This document shows positions 12,793 through 26,765 of a stretch of DNA of 64,000 nucleotides, one piece after another (positions within the stretch are counted from its first letter, which is position 1; every line of letters begins with the position of its first letter). Origin of the DNA: Okamejei kenojei (lineage: Eukaryota). A program made the translations under genes and the position numbers. The DNA is taken from assembly GCA_035221665.1 (NCBI GenBank), contig CM069133.1, positions 7,378,001-7,442,000 on the forward strand, read 5' to 3'. A model generated the notes under the pieces. The model was given only the letters and a program-made list of their open reading frames with translations, searched no databases and was not told the origin of the DNA.

Positions 12793-15700
12793 ATTTTTAA
12801 AAATATATAATATTTTTATTAGAAGTTATATAGAATAGGGTACATAAGAATATAATACATTTCATATACAAGCTGTTTTATAATTTAATAATAAAAAAGA
12901 AATATAAGCAAAAAGAGAGAAAAATAAAGTTAGATAAGTTGTGAAAGTGATAGTTCGTGAAAAGTACAAGAAAAAGAGAGAAAGGAGGAGAGATTTTTTT
13001 AAAAATTTAAAAAATATATAATAAAAGGACAATGAAATGGGATATACCTGCTTCGTATGTTTGCGCACCCCTCACCCGGTTCTGAAACAGTTTATATCCA
13101 GGATTATGTTGCACCATATGCTTGTAATAAATCGATAAAGGGAGACCAATTCTTTAAGAATTGGTCTGATTTGCCTGCTAGGACGAATCTCACATCTTCT
13201 AGGTGTAACAATTCAGACATGTTTGAAATCCACATTTTAAGCGTTGGTGTTGGTGCATTTTACCAGAATTATAATATGTTTTTTTGCCGTTATTAAGCCG
13301 TAGTTAAGGAACCTCTCTTGGAACAAAGTCAGCTCAGAGCCAGTCTCCAGTGTTCCGTAGATAATCAATTCTGCGTTGGGGTTCATTTCTGTTTTAAATA
13401 CTTTTGTAAAAATTTTGAAAATTTAATTCCAAAACTTCTGAAGTTTTATGCAAATGACAAAAGATAGTGCTATGGTTGCATCTTGAGATAAGCATTTATC
13501 ACAGATGGGGGAGACATTTGGAAATATTATATTCAATTCAGTTTTTGAGTAATATAATCTATGTAAAATTTTAAATTAATTAAGGTATGTCTTACATTTA
13601 TCGACCATTTATGTACATATAGCAAATATTCATCCCATCTATCTTTTGAGATATTTATAGATAATTCTTGTTCCCAGTCTCTTCTGATTGCATCAGATGG
13701 TGGTATCTCTATGTTTAAAAAGGTATTATACAAATATGATATTAAATTATTAATCCACCTTTCTGTTCATAGCTTCATCTAGTATATCTGAAGTCAAAGT
13801 TTTATGTTCTTTTGTATGTATTTTCAAGTAGTCATGGATTTAGATATTTAAAGTATTGATTACTTTTCAGGTTATATTTAAGTTGTTGTTGTTGGAATGA
13901 TAAACGATTTCCCATTTCATAAATTTCTCCAAAGGTTTTAATTCCTACTCTTCCCAGATAAACGTTTTATCAATAGTAGATGGTTTAAATGACGGATTAT
14001 TAACAATAGGAGAGAGACGCGATAGATTTCTTAATTTGAAAGTTAATTTATTTGTTTCCACGTTCGTATTGTACTATGAATAATTGGATTTTTCTTGTAT
14101 ATTGTATTATTCAGTTTTATCGGTGAGAGAAGGATCGCTTCTATATTAAACGGAGAGCAATCCTCTCTTACCATTGCTATCCAATACTTCAATTCAATTC
14201 AAATTTAATGTCATTGCACAGATACAAGTATGGGTACAAAACGAAATGCAGTTTTAGTGTCAGTACGTAGTGATAGCAATGTTTAGATAAATGCAGATAA
14301 ATAAATACATATGTGGGAATCTATCGGCGGGACTCCGAGTTCAGCAGTGCGATGGTGTTATTGTAGAAGCTACTACTCATCCTGCTGGTGCGGGACCTGA
14401 GGCTCCTGTACCGCCTCCCCGATGGTAGGAGGGCAAACAGTCCATGGTTAGGGTGGGAGGGGTCCTTGATGATCTTCCCAGCCCGTCTCAGACACCGTTT
14501 TCGGTGGAGGGCATCCAAAGCAGGGAGCGGGGCACCGATGATGTGCTGGGCGGTTTTCACCACCCGTTGTAGTGGCCTTCCTGTCTGCTACGGTGCAACT
14601 GCTGTACCATACCGTAAAGCAGGTGGTCAGGATGCTTTCGATGGTACAGCGGTAGAAGTTGGTCAGGATCTGGGGGACAGGTGGGCTTTTTTTGAGCCTC
14701 CTCAGGAAATAAAGGCGCTGCTGCGCCTTTTTGACCAGCTTGGAGGTGTTGAGGGACCAGGACAGATCCTCCGAGATGTGTACCCCGAGGAATTTGTAGT
14801 TGGAGACCCGCTCCACCTCAGTCCCGTTTATATGGATGGGGGTGTGTCTGCCCCCTCTGTTCTTCCTGAAGTCGACAATGATCTCCTTCGTCTTTTGGGA
14901 GTTAAGGACAGGTTGTTATTGGCACACCAGGTTGTCAGGTGCTGGACCTCCTCCCTGTAGGCTGACTCGTCGTTATCGCTGATCAGTCCTACCACCGTGG
15001 TGTCGTCGGCAAATTTTATGATGGCGTTGGAGCTAAACTTAGGGATGCAGTCATGGGTGAAGAGAGAGTAGAGGAGAGGACTGAGCACACAGCCTTGTGG
15101 CACGCCAGTGTTCAGTGTTATAGTGGAGGAGGTGAGGTTGTTGATCCTAACAGACTGGGGTCTGTTAGTGAGGAAATCCAGTGTCCAATTGCAGAGGGAA
15201 GTGGAGATGCCAAGACCGCTGAGTTTGGTGATCAAGCTAGCGGGTATGACAGTGTTAAAGGCGGAACTGAAGTCGATGAACAGCAGCCTGATGTAGGTGT
15301 TATTGCTGTCCAGGTGGGTCAGGGCCGCAGATATGGCGTCTTCTGTTGACCTATTGGTCCGGTAGGCAAACTGATGGGGGTCCAGTGTGGGGGGAGGCTG
15401 GCTTTTGAGGTGAGCCAAGATCAGCCGCTCGAAGCACTTGGCGATGACAGGGGTGAGTGCCACTGGCCGGAAATCATTGAGACTCCCTGTCGCTGATTGT
15501 TTGGGCACTGGCACAATGGTAGATATCTTGAGGCAAGTGGGGACGACACCCTGGGCCAGTGAATCTACCTGTTGGGCAGAATTGTCCAACAAGTAAATTA
15601 TATTTTTAATGTTCATTGCCCAGTGATAGTACAGAAAGTTGGGTAGTGTCAGTCTGCCAAATTCCTTGGGTTTACACAGGTGTCTGCTTTGAATTCTATG

Positions 15701-16186
15701 GGACATCATAAATTTCATATGGGACTATATCAGAGTCAAGTTAAAAAATAATAATTTAGGTAAATATATTGGTATTGATTGAAATAAATATAAGATTTGT
15801 AGTGGAAAAATCATTTTTATGGCATTTATTCTGCCTATTAAAGACATTGGTAGTGTTTTTCAAAATGTAATCAAAGCATTTAATTTAGTAAGTAAGGGCA
15901 TATAGTTTCCATTGAATAAATATTTATATTTTCTAGTAATTTGAATACCCAGATATTTAAAATTTTCTGTGGCAATTCTAAAGGGGAAATTTAAAAGGTG
16001 TGTCAGTTCTTGAAAAGGATCCAAATTCCTCTATTAAATTTAATATATTTGCTAAGCTGATTTGTGATTTTGTAATATATAATAATACATCGTCTGCATA
16101 TAGTGATATTTTATTATTTGAATGTTTTGTATTATAACCATGGATGTTCGGATGCATTCTTATACTTTCTGCTAAGGGTTCTATCA
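12793..16186 (-). mobile_element. 5'-truncated L1-clade LINE (AT-rich), interrupted by a Rex-type LINE
   Basis: IEPLAESIR...KISLYADDVLLY at 15978-16187; similar to the 18374-23149 element; flanked by CTGAGATGGATT at 12781-12792 and 16187-16198. Confidence 0.88.
14186..15561 (-). mobile_element. Rex1/Babar-type LINE, 5'-truncated
   Basis: RT motifs [42 protein letters not shown]; C-terminal SHPNHGLFALLPSGRRY; (TTGAA)n tail; AAT duplicated at the junctions. Confidence 0.88.
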
Positions 16187-17109
16187 CTGAGATGGATTCT
16201 TCTGAGATGCCTCCGAGATGGATTCTTAGAGCAGCTTATAATGGAGTTGACCAGAGAAAAGGAAATTCTGGATTTAGTGTTTTCCAATGAACCAAATTTG
16301 ATAAGAGAACTTGAGGTAAAGGAACCGCTTGGAGTTTTAGTCTGCAATTTGAGAAGGTTAAATCAGAAGTGGCAGTGATGCAGCTGAACAAAGGCGATAA
16401 TGAAGGCAGGAGAGAGGAGCTTGCCAAGATAGACTGGAAAGGGATACTAGCAGGAATGACGGTGGAACAGCAATGGCAGGAATTTCTGGGCATAATCTGG
16501 AACACGCAGGATAATTTCATTCCAATAAAGAAGAAAGATTCTAAGGGGAGTAGGAGGCAACCGTGGCTGACAAGAGAAGTTAGGGATAGAATAAAACTAA
16601 AAGAAAAGATGTATAACACAGCAAAGAGTAGCCGGAAGCCAGAGGATTGAGAAACTTTCATAGGACTACAGAAGGAAACAAAACAGGCAATATGGGCTGA
16701 AAAGATGAAGTACGAGGAGAAGCTGGCCAGAAATATAAAGAAGGACAGTAAAAGCTTCTTTAGACATGTTAAGGGAAAAAGAGTAGCAAAGTCAAATGTG
16801 GGTCCCTTGAAGGCAGGGACAAGTGAAATTATTATGGGTAACAAGGAAATGGCAGAAGAGTTGAATAGGTACTTCGTATATGTCTTCACTAAGGAAGACA
16901 CAAACAATCTCCCAGATGTACTGGAGGATAGAGGATCTAAGGGGGTAGAGGAACTGAAATAAATTTTAGAGAAATTAGAGGAGAAATAATATTGGGCAGT
17001 GCTAATGGGACTGAAGGATGATAAATCCCTGGGGCTTGATGGACTGCATCCCAGGGTCCTCAGGGAGGTGGCTCTAGAAATAGTGGACACATTGGTGATC
17101 ATTTTCCAA

Positions 17110-17790
17110 TCTATGTTACTAAAAGTCTGATCTTGACCGCTTTTGGCTCTCTGTGGTGTGATTTCCGAGAGAACGCCGCCACCTATGGGGGTCATTGTTG
17201 GCCAACTCGCTCAGAGCCCCCCTCCGCCTTCCTGGAGCAGGAGATTTTTCCCATCGATTAAAAATCAGAGATATATTAATGTTTAAAAAAATACACCATA
17301 CTCTCTGCTGCCCCTGCTGGAGGGAGGGGAAGGGACTATAAATACAGGAAGTGTCTCACTCAGTCTCTGCAAGATGGAGGAAGCCAGCGGGTCACATCTT
17401 TCTGAGTTCCGAATAGCACTGAACAAATGTCTACTCAACTGTGAGTGTAGTTAATGTAGTTTGAAAATGAAAATATGGTTGGTTTGAAGTAAAAAGGCAC
17501 TGCCTGCAAATGGTGGCTTGGATGCTTTGGTTGAAGTTAAAAGGCACTACTGCAAATGGTGGCTTGGGTGCTTTGGGTTGAAGTTAAAAGGCACTACTGC
17601 AAATGGTGGCTTGGGTGCTTTGGGTTGAAGTTCAAAGGCACAACTGCAAATGGTGACCTGCGTGCTTTGGGTTGAAGTTAAAAGGTACTACTGCAAATGG
17701 TGGCTTGGGTGCTTTGGGTTGAAGTATGAGGCACTACTACAAATGGTGGCTTGGGTGCTTTGGGTTGGAATTAAAAGGCACTTGGGTTAA
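17110..17790 (+). mobile_element. Helitron 5' fragment (non-autonomous)
   Basis: Begins A|TCTATGTTACTAAAA exactly at the A/T of the CR1 sequence TTCCAA|TGTT; shares internal modules with elements at 37.7-42.4 kb that end in hairpin+CTAG. Confidence 0.8.
17486..17786 (+). repeat. 47-bp minisatellite inside the Helitron (~6 copies; related copies at ~37790-37930 and ~39056-39188)
   Basis: Unit GAAGTTAAAAGGCACTACTGCAAATGGTGGCTTGGGTGCTTTGGGTT. Confidence 0.92.
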
Positions 17791-18373
17791 AAGATACATC
17801 CGGGCAACTATTTGGGGTTCTGTAGATAACATCAATTAGTGTCTTCTTGCCTTTGAATTCCTCAACTCATCCACAGTGACTCTACCTCGTCTGTCTCTAT
17901 GTCTTCCCTCGCAAGGGACTGAATTCCATCCCTCACCAGAAGAGCTACCCTCCCCCTCCTCTGCCCACCTGCCTGTCCTTTCTGTAGGATGTATAACCCT
18001 GAATATTAAGTTCCCGGACCCGATCCTCTTGCAGCCACGTCTAGGTAATCCCCACAATGTTATATCTACTAACCTCTATCTGAGCCTCAAGCTCATCTAC
18101 TTTACTTCACGCATTCAAATACAGTACTTTTAATTCCCTATGCATCTCACCTTTCCCATCGATCCCAACTACACTTGGCCATACTCTCCTATCCCTATCC
18201 TTGACTATCCAATTTGACACCTCCCCCCTTATTTAGTATAAAACCACCTGTGTCGCAGTGGCAAACCTGCCTGCCTGAATGCCGGTCCCCCACTTGTTAA
18301 GGTGCGATCCGTTCCTTTTGTACAGTTCCTCCTTGCTCAAAAACAGATCCCAGTGGTCTAAGAATCTAAATCC

Positions 18374-21300
18374 TTAGATTGACTCCTCCCCGGAGTGGGG
18401 AACAGGGGGTAAATATAAGGAAATAGATTAATAATAGACTAAAATACTAACTCATAATATACGGCTTCAGCCCTAATTATGTTTGGGAAGAGGTGAGAAG
18501 ATTCAGATCCTTGGCAAACAGCCAGGAGTCTGACTGGTTAACCCCTTCCAACCAGCAGTTGATTATTACTGAATATGAAGCAAATGTAAAAACTGTTAAC
18601 ATAAGTAAATGGTAGATAATTCAAAGACTTAATTAGATAAGACTTAATTAGATATATATATATGTATATACTGTAACTGATACATATAATTCGGATTTGA
18701 ATTGGGCCCCATCTCCCTTTTGCAAGATTTTTCAAGGGAGCGGAGCTAAATGTGTATTAACAACAATGGAAGTCAACATATTTGTAACTACCACCATTAG
18801 GTGGCTAATTTGTTACAGTGTCACTATTTTTAGACACTGTAATATCACTTTAAAAAAAAAATTGTCACAACAATTCACACATTTTTGTCTTTTTGCTTAA
18901 GGACAACTTTAAAAGGGATGTACCAACAGAGGTTAATAGCGGTAAATGCTCCCCCAACACCCAGAGACCTGAAGTATCTGTTGCACCGTATGTCTTAAAG
19001 GTATCAAAGTAATTTAAAATGCAAGACGATAAACAAAATAAACTAGGAGGAATCACATTTTGTAGTTGGAATATAAGGGGTATTAACGAACCAATTAAAA
19101 GGGGTAAGATTTTCACACAATTGAAATCGCTCAATTCAGATATCATCTTCTTGCAAGAAACACATCTAAAAATGCAAGCTCAGATTAGATTGAAGGCAAA
19201 CTGGATAGGTCAAACATATCAGTCTTCATATATCTCTAAATCTAGAGGTACGGCAATTATAATTCGTAAAGGTATACCATTTGAATCAAAGAATATTATA
19301 ACAGACAAGGAAGGGAGATATCTTATAGTTACCAGGACATTCATGCTACCCCAATTACCATGGTAAATATTTACGCGCCTAATTTTGATAACCCCCAATT
19401 TTTAAATAAAATCCTGAATATAATTTCGGAGTTTAATTATCAAAATGTGATAATTGGGGGAGATTTTAATTACGTTTTAGATCCATATCTGGATAAATCC
19501 ACACAATAAAAGAGGGGCAATACAAAATCTAAAACTAGTGAAATCCTAAATACATACATAAAAAACACAAATATAACAGATGTTTGGAGGATCACTAACC
19601 CAGTTGGAAGGGATTACTCGTTCTATTCAACGGTACACAAAACTTACTCAGTATTGACTATTTTCTAGTGGACACAAAACTAATTCCCTACACAATGAAC
19701 CCAAAATATCATAACAGCATCATTTCTGATCACTCCCCATTAACTTTTTTTTTTAAACTGGAAGGGATGCCTAATAAAAAATCATTTTGGAGGTTTAATC
19801 CTCAAATCCTAAATGACCCACAAGGTGGTATATGCTTAAAAAAACCGATGAAACTTTTTTTCGAGACCAATGACACCCCAGATATTTCATCTGTTTTACT
19901 ATGGGAATCTTTTAAAGCATTTATCAGAGGATCTATAAATTCATATCAAGCTTTTCAAAATAAAAAGAATAAAAATGAACAAATGAACAGAAGAACGAAT
20001 TAGACAATTGGATCTAGATAATGCTAAAGAGCCAACTATAGATAAATATAATAAAATAACAATACTAACATTTAAATTAAATCAAATATTATCAGCAAAA
20101 GTTATAAGATATTTCAAATTACAAAACAGGAAAACTTTGAATTTGGTGATAAACCACATAAACTTTTGTCACGTCTGCTGAAAAAAGGGGAAAAAGATCA
20201 TACGATTTTAAAGATTAAATCAGATAAAGGGGAATTGTTAACACTACCTAATGATATTAATAAAAGATTTGCTCAATTTTATCAAAATGTATACACATCT
20301 AAAACGTCAGCAGATATTACTAAAGTTATAGAGTTCTTGGATAACTGTAATCTCCCAAATCTCAACCCAATTGAACAAGGGGAATTAGGAGCACAGATCT
20401 CAATTAAGGAAATAGAAGAAACAATAAACTCATTGAAGAATGGAAAAACACCAGGACCAGATGGGTTTAGTAATGAATTTTATAAAAGATTTTATGAAAT
20501 AATTTCACCACGCTTACATAAAATGTACACATATGCTTTCAAAGAACAAATATTACCAGAAACATTAGCGGAATAAACGATTACACATACCTAAAAAAGA
20601 TAAAGATTTAGAAAACCCTGGTTCATACAGAGCCATTGTTAAATACAGATAAAAAAATATTAGCGAAAACATTAGCTAGAAGATTAAGTAAATGCGTTAG
20701 TAAATAAATAAATGCAGATCAAACGGGGTTTATACCCAAGAGATACTCATGCAATAATCTGAGACGTCTGTTTAATCTAATGCATTCATATAAAACTGAA
20801 GAACAAGACTTATCAATTATCTCATTGGACACAGAAAAAGCTTTCGATCAAGTGAAATGGGACTACATGGTTAAAGTATTGCAAAAATTTCAAATGGGAG
20901 AGAATTTTATTTCATGGGTAAAACTATTATATGACAGGCCCACTGCTAGAATATTAACTAATAACATGTTGTCTCAGAAATTTCAATTAACCGGGGCAAT
21001 AGACAGGGATTCTCACTATTACCCCTGATATTTGCTCTTGTCATTGAACCGCTAGCTGAAAACATTAGAACACATCCAAACATCCTTGGTTATAATACAA
21101 AATGCTCAAAATACAAAATATCATTATACGCAGATGATGTACTACTGTACATCACAAAATCACAAATTAGCATACCAAATATATTAAATCTAATAGAGGA
21201 ATTTGGATCATTTTCAGGATATAGAACAGACTGGAAAAAAAGTGAAATTATGACAATAAAACCTCAAGACGCAACACATCTGCTAAAATTCCCTTTTAAA

Positions 21301-23149
21301 ATTGCTACAGAAAATTTTAAATACTTGGGAATCAAAATTACCAGAAAATATAAATCTTTATTTAATGCAAACTATATGCCCTTACTTAATACATTAAACA
21401 CCCTGATTAAGTTTTGGAAAACTCTTCCGATGTCTTTAACAGGACGAATAAATGCTATAAAAATGATCTTTTTACCACAAATTTTATATCTATTCCAATC
21501 AATACGAATATACTTACCTAAAAAGTTAAAAAAAAACAACTGGATTCTGATATTACAAATTTCATATGGGACTATAAATCACATAGAATTCAAAGAAGAC
21601 ATTTGTGCAAACCCAAAGAATTTGGTGGATTAACACTCCCTAATTCTTTGTATTATTATTGGGCAGCAAATGTCAAAAATGTGATTCACCTGTTGGACAA
21701 CTCTGCCCAGCGGGTGGATTGGATAGTAATGGAGAGAGAGGATTGCGCCCCTTTTAATATAGGAGCGATTCTTCTCTCACCAACAAAATTGAATAATACA
21801 ATGTATAGTAAAAATCCAATTATTCATAGTACTATTAGAATTTGGAAACAAATAAAATTAACGCTTAAATTATGAAAGTTATCACTTCTTACCCCTATAG
21901 TTAATAATCCGTTGTTTAAACATTCTAGTATTGATAAATAATTTACATATTGGGCAAAGAATAGGAATTAAAACGTTTGGAGACATGTATGAAAATGGGA
22001 ATTTCTTATCATTTCAACAACTACAACTTAAATACAACCTGAGAAGTAATCAATATTTTTAATATTTTCAAATTCGTGATTATTTGAAAAAAATATACAC
22101 AAGAATATCAAAATGTGTCTCCAGACTTATTAGACGAAGCAATGAATATAAAGGCAGATTCAACTAATTTAATATCATACTTGTATAATATTATCCTAAA
22201 TATAGAAATACCATCATCTGATAGAATTAGAAGAGACTGGGAACAAGAACTAGCTATAAAAATCTCGAAAGAGAGTTGGAATAAACACTTGTTATATGTA
22301 CACAAATACTCGATCAATGTAAGACATATTTTAATCCAATTTAAAACTTTACATAGACTATATTATTCAAAAACTAAAATAAGTACATTTTTTCCAAATG
22401 TCTCCCCAATTTGTGATAAATGTCAATCCCAAGACGCAACCTTTGTTTTTTGCATAAAAATCCAAAAATTCTGGAATGAAATCTGTGACATTTTTACAAA
22501 ATTATTCAAAATAAAATTGAAACCGAATGCAAAATTGATTATTTTTCGAACAATGGAAGCCAGCTTTGAGCTGACTTTGTTCCAAAAGAGCTTTCTTAAT
22601 TATGGCTTAATAATGGCAAAAAAAGTATACTTAAAATCTGGAAAAACGCTCCCACACCAACGATAAAAATGTGGATTTCAAATATGTCTGAAATGTTACA
22701 CCTAGAAGATATGAGATTCCTCCTTGCAGGCAAATCAGACCATTTCCAAAAGATTTGGTCTCCATTTATCGACTTATTACAAGCATAGGGTGCAACACAA
22801 CTCTGAAAATAAATGGTATCACGACCTGGTGAGGAGTGTGTAAAGATACGAAGGAGGTACATCCCTTTTATCTTAGCTTATTCTACTTTCTCATATTTTC
22901 TGTCTTCTATTTATTTTTTCTTTCTTTTCCTTTGTTTTTCTTTTTTTAATCTTTCTTGTGTCTTACGTTTCTACGGGTTCTTCCGGATCACTCTCTCACG
23001 CATTTACTATCCTATCTAACTCTCTCTATTCTTCTTCTTATTCTTCTTCTTCTTAAAGTATAAAATAAGAAGTGGTACAGGAAATATATTATGTTATTTT
23101 TGGCTTATATCATTGTAATGTACATTACTTCTAATAAAGAAAAAAAAAA
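18374..23149 (+). mobile_element. L1-clade LINE with a complete but disrupted ORF2 and a poly(A) tail
   Basis: SWNIRGIN...FLQETHL, ISDHSP (APE), KTPGPDGF, SLDTEKAFD, LYADD (RT), CDKC; AATAAA at 23133 followed by an A-run; AATCC repeated at both ends; host CR1 continues on both sides. Confidence 0.92.
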
Positions 23150-23339
23150 TTGAATCCCTGCCCCTGTTCCCCAACCACACATTCAGGTCCTGATCCTGCT
23201 CTCGCCAGCACGAGCAACTGGAAGCAAACTGGAAATAACCACCCTGGAGGTCCTGCTTTTCAGCACTTTTACGAGCAGGGACAACGTAACATTTTGGAAG
23301 ATCATACATGATCAAGTTGAATGACCAATAAGTAATAAT

Positions 23340-26300
23340 GCAATAGCAAGGAGAGACATTAGTTTGGATGCTGTAAAATCGGTATGGGTAGAACTGCAAA
23401 ATAGTCAAGGGCAGAAAACACTTGTTGGAGTGGTGTACAGACCACCAAACAGCAGTAAGGAGGTTCGGGATAGCATGAATCAGGAAATTAGGGAAATTGG
23501 GACACAGCTACCAGCCTTGGAGGGCATCTACTATAAACGGTGCCTCAGGAAGGCCGTCAGCATCCACAAAGACTCGTCACACCCTTATAATAGTCGGTTC
23601 GAACTCCTACCTTCTGGCAGACGTTACAAGGCCTTCTACACCCGCACCTCCAGACTCAGGAACAACTTCATCCCAGAACAATAGCTGCTCTGATCCGGCC
23701 CTGCTGAGTGCCCCCCCCCACCCTCATGAACTGTCTCCCTCGGATGGTCACGTCGCACATCGACCCGGCACAGACATATTTGCACTTTAGACTGTTTTAC
23801 TGTTTTACTGTTCTTTTTTTTATAATCCATGTTTCTCGGGGTATCTAAATTTTATTAGTTGTTTAAGTTATGACATCGGATGGAAGCTGCACACCAAATC
23901 TCGTTGCACCTCTGTGCAATGACAATAAAAGATATTATTATTATTATTATCATTACTATGTGTAGCAAAGGTACAGCGGTTATCATGGGTGACTTTAATT
24001 TATCTATAGATTGGACCAACCAAATTGGTAACAGTGCTGATGAGGAAGATTTCCAGGAATGTATACGGGTTGAGTTTTTAAACCAATATGCAGAGGAACC
24101 AACTCGAGGGCCGGCCATCCTAGACTGGGTATTGTGTAACGAGGAAGGATTAGTTAGCGATCTTGTTGTGCAAGGCCCCTTGGGCAACAGTGACCATAAT
24201 ATGGTGGAATTCCGCAGTAGGATGGAGAGTGACATGGTTAATTCAGAGACTAGGGTCTTGAACCTGAATAAAATACTTTGAAGGTATGAGACGGGAACTG
24301 GCTAGGATAGCTAGGCAAAGGGTTGACAGTGGAGATGCAATGGTGAAGATTTAAAGAACGCTTGGATAAACTCCATAAATTGTTAGTCACAGAGTCATAG
24401 ATTGATATATTGCGGGAACGGGCCCTTTGGCCCAACTCGCCCACATCGGCCAACAATGTCCCAGCTACACTAGTCCCACTTGCCTGCACTTGGTCACTAT
24501 CCCTCCAATCCTGTCCAAATATGTACCTGTCTAACTGTCTCTTAAACAATGGGATAATCTCAGCCTCAACTACCTCCTCTGGCAGCTTGTTCCATACACA
24601 ACCACCCTTTGTGTGAAAATGTTACCCCTCGGATTCCTGATAAATCATTTCCCCTTCACCTTGAACATCTAGTCCTCAATTCCCCCACTCTGGGCAAAAG
24701 ACTCGGTCCATCTGCCCGATCTATTCCTCTCATGATTTTGTATACCTCTAACAGATATCCCCTCATCATCCTCCTGCGCTCCCTGGCAAAAAATTAAAAC
24801 TGCAAAGGCGGCTCAACCGTGGCTGAGGAGGGAAGACAAGGATAGTGTTAAAGCCAAGGAAGAGGCTTATAAATTGACCAGAAGAAGCAGCAAATCGGGG
24901 GATTGGGATAAATTTGGAACTCAACAGAGGAGGACAAAGGGATTAATTAAGAGGGGGGAGAGCATGAAAGAAAGCTTTGCGGGGAATATAAAAACTGACT
25001 GTAAAAGTTTATTTGGGTATGTAAAAAGAAAAAGATTAGCGAAGACATATGTAGGTCTCTTACAGTCAGAGACCGGTGAATTTATAATTTAAACAAGGAA
25101 ATAGCAGACAGTTAAAAACTTCTATTCTGTCCTCAATAAGGAAGATACAAACAATCTCCCATAAAGACTAGGGGACTGAGGATCTAGTGGGAGGGAGGAA
25201 CAGAAGGGAATCCTCATTAGTCAGAACATGATGTTAGGTAAACTGTTGGGACTGAAGGCAGATAAATCCATAGAGCCTGATGGTCTGCATCCGAGAGTCC
25301 ACAAGGAGGTGACCCTAGAAAGGTTGGATGCAATAGTGATCATTTTTCACAGTTCTCTCGACTCTGGATCAGTTTCTGTGGACTGGAGAGAAGCCATTGT
25401 AACAGCACTTTTTAAGAAAGGAGGGAGAGAGAAAACGGGGAATTATAGGCTAGTTAGCCTTACATCGGTAGTGGGGAAGATGCTTGAGTCAATTATGAAA
25501 GATGTAAAGCAGCACATTTGGAAAGCAGTCAAAGTCAGCATGGATTTAATAAGGGGAATTCATGCTTGACTGATATTTTGGAATTTTTAGAGGATGTAAC
25601 AAGTCGAATGGATAAGGGAGAGCCAGTGGATGTGGTGTATCAAGACTTGCAGAAAGCCTTTGACAAGATCTCACACAAGAGATTAGTGTGCAAAATTAGA
25701 GTTCTTGGTATTAGAGGTAGCAATTAACAGGTCGTTTTCAGGCAGTGACTCGTGGGGTGTCGAAAGGCTCCCTGCTGGGACCCCCGTTGTTTACAATATA
25801 TATTAACGATTTAGACGAGGGAATTAAATAAATTAAACATCTCTATGTTTACGGGTGATGCAAAGCTGGTTGGCAGTGTGGGTTGCGAGGAAGATGCTAT
25901 GAGGCAGCAGGACTCATATCATCTTGCAAAGGTTGGGTGAGTGGGCAGAAGCATGGCAGATGCAATATAATGTCGGTAAATGTGAGGTTATCCACTTTAG
26001 TGGCAAGAACAGGAAAGTAGATGTTTATCTGAATGGTGTCAGATTAGGAGAAAGGAAGGTACAACATGAGACCTGGCTCTGTTTATACATCAGTCACTGA
26101 AAGTAAGCATGCAGGTCTCGCAGACAGTGAAGAAAGGAAATGGCATGTTGGCCTTCATAGCAAGAGGAGTTGAGTTTAGGAGCAAGGAGGTCGTACTGCA
26201 GTTGTACAGAGCCATGGTGAGGACACACCTGGACTATTGTGAGCAATTTCTGTCTCCTAATTTGAGGAAGGACATTATTGCTATTGAGAGGTGCACCATA

Positions 26301-26765
26301 GGTTCAGCATGTTAATTGCCGGGATGGCGTAAATGTCAATAAGATTAAAGAATGCGTCTACTGGGCTTATATTCACTGTCATTTAGAAGGATAAGAGGTG
26401 ATAATGTAGAAATATATAACATTCTTAGAGGATTGGACAGGGTAGATGCAAGCATAATGGTCCCGATGTTGGGGGAGTCCAGAAGCAGGAGTCACAGTTT
26501 AAGATTAAGGGATTTCAGACTGAGATGAGGCAAATCCTTTTCACCTAGAGAGATGTGAATCTGTTGAATTCTCTGCCACAGAAGGCAGTGGAGACCAGTT
26601 CACTGGATGTTTTCAAGAGTGAGTTAGATTTACCTCTTTGGGCTAAAGGAATGAAGAGTTATGGGGAAAAAGCTAGAAAGGGGTACTGATTTTGGATGAT
26701 CAGCAATGATCATATTGAATGGCGGTGTAGGCTCCAAGGGCTGAATGGCCTACTCCTGCACCTGT
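23340..26765 (+). mobile_element. Degenerate CR1 with nested Rex/L2-like tail (~23497-23950) and a minus-strand CR1 fragment (~24390-24783)
   Basis: GDFN, ILDWVL, SDHN, NYRLVSLTS, DLQKAFD motifs; paralogue of 9854-11790. Confidence 0.85.

Larger units (their letters stand above)
11815..17109 (+). mobile_element. CR1 LINE split by an L1 insertion (pieces 11815-12792 and 16187-17109) and cut at 17109 by a Helitron
   Basis: LNARSISK/ITETWL/GDFN in 12132-12784; continuity ECL-RDGFLEQ across the L1; PWLT, NVGPL and KSLGLDGLHP in 16369-17100. Confidence 0.88.

Noticed and set aside
14828-15718. 296-aa ORF as a novel chimeric gene
   Set aside because: Chance in-frame fusion of L1 sequence with the inserted Rex-type RT at 15561
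16236-17195. 319-aa minus-strand ORF and many similar recurring ORFs (e.g. MIMADHPTQYPVPAFSPYP)
   Set aside because: Antisense reading of CR1 ORF2 and 3'UTR
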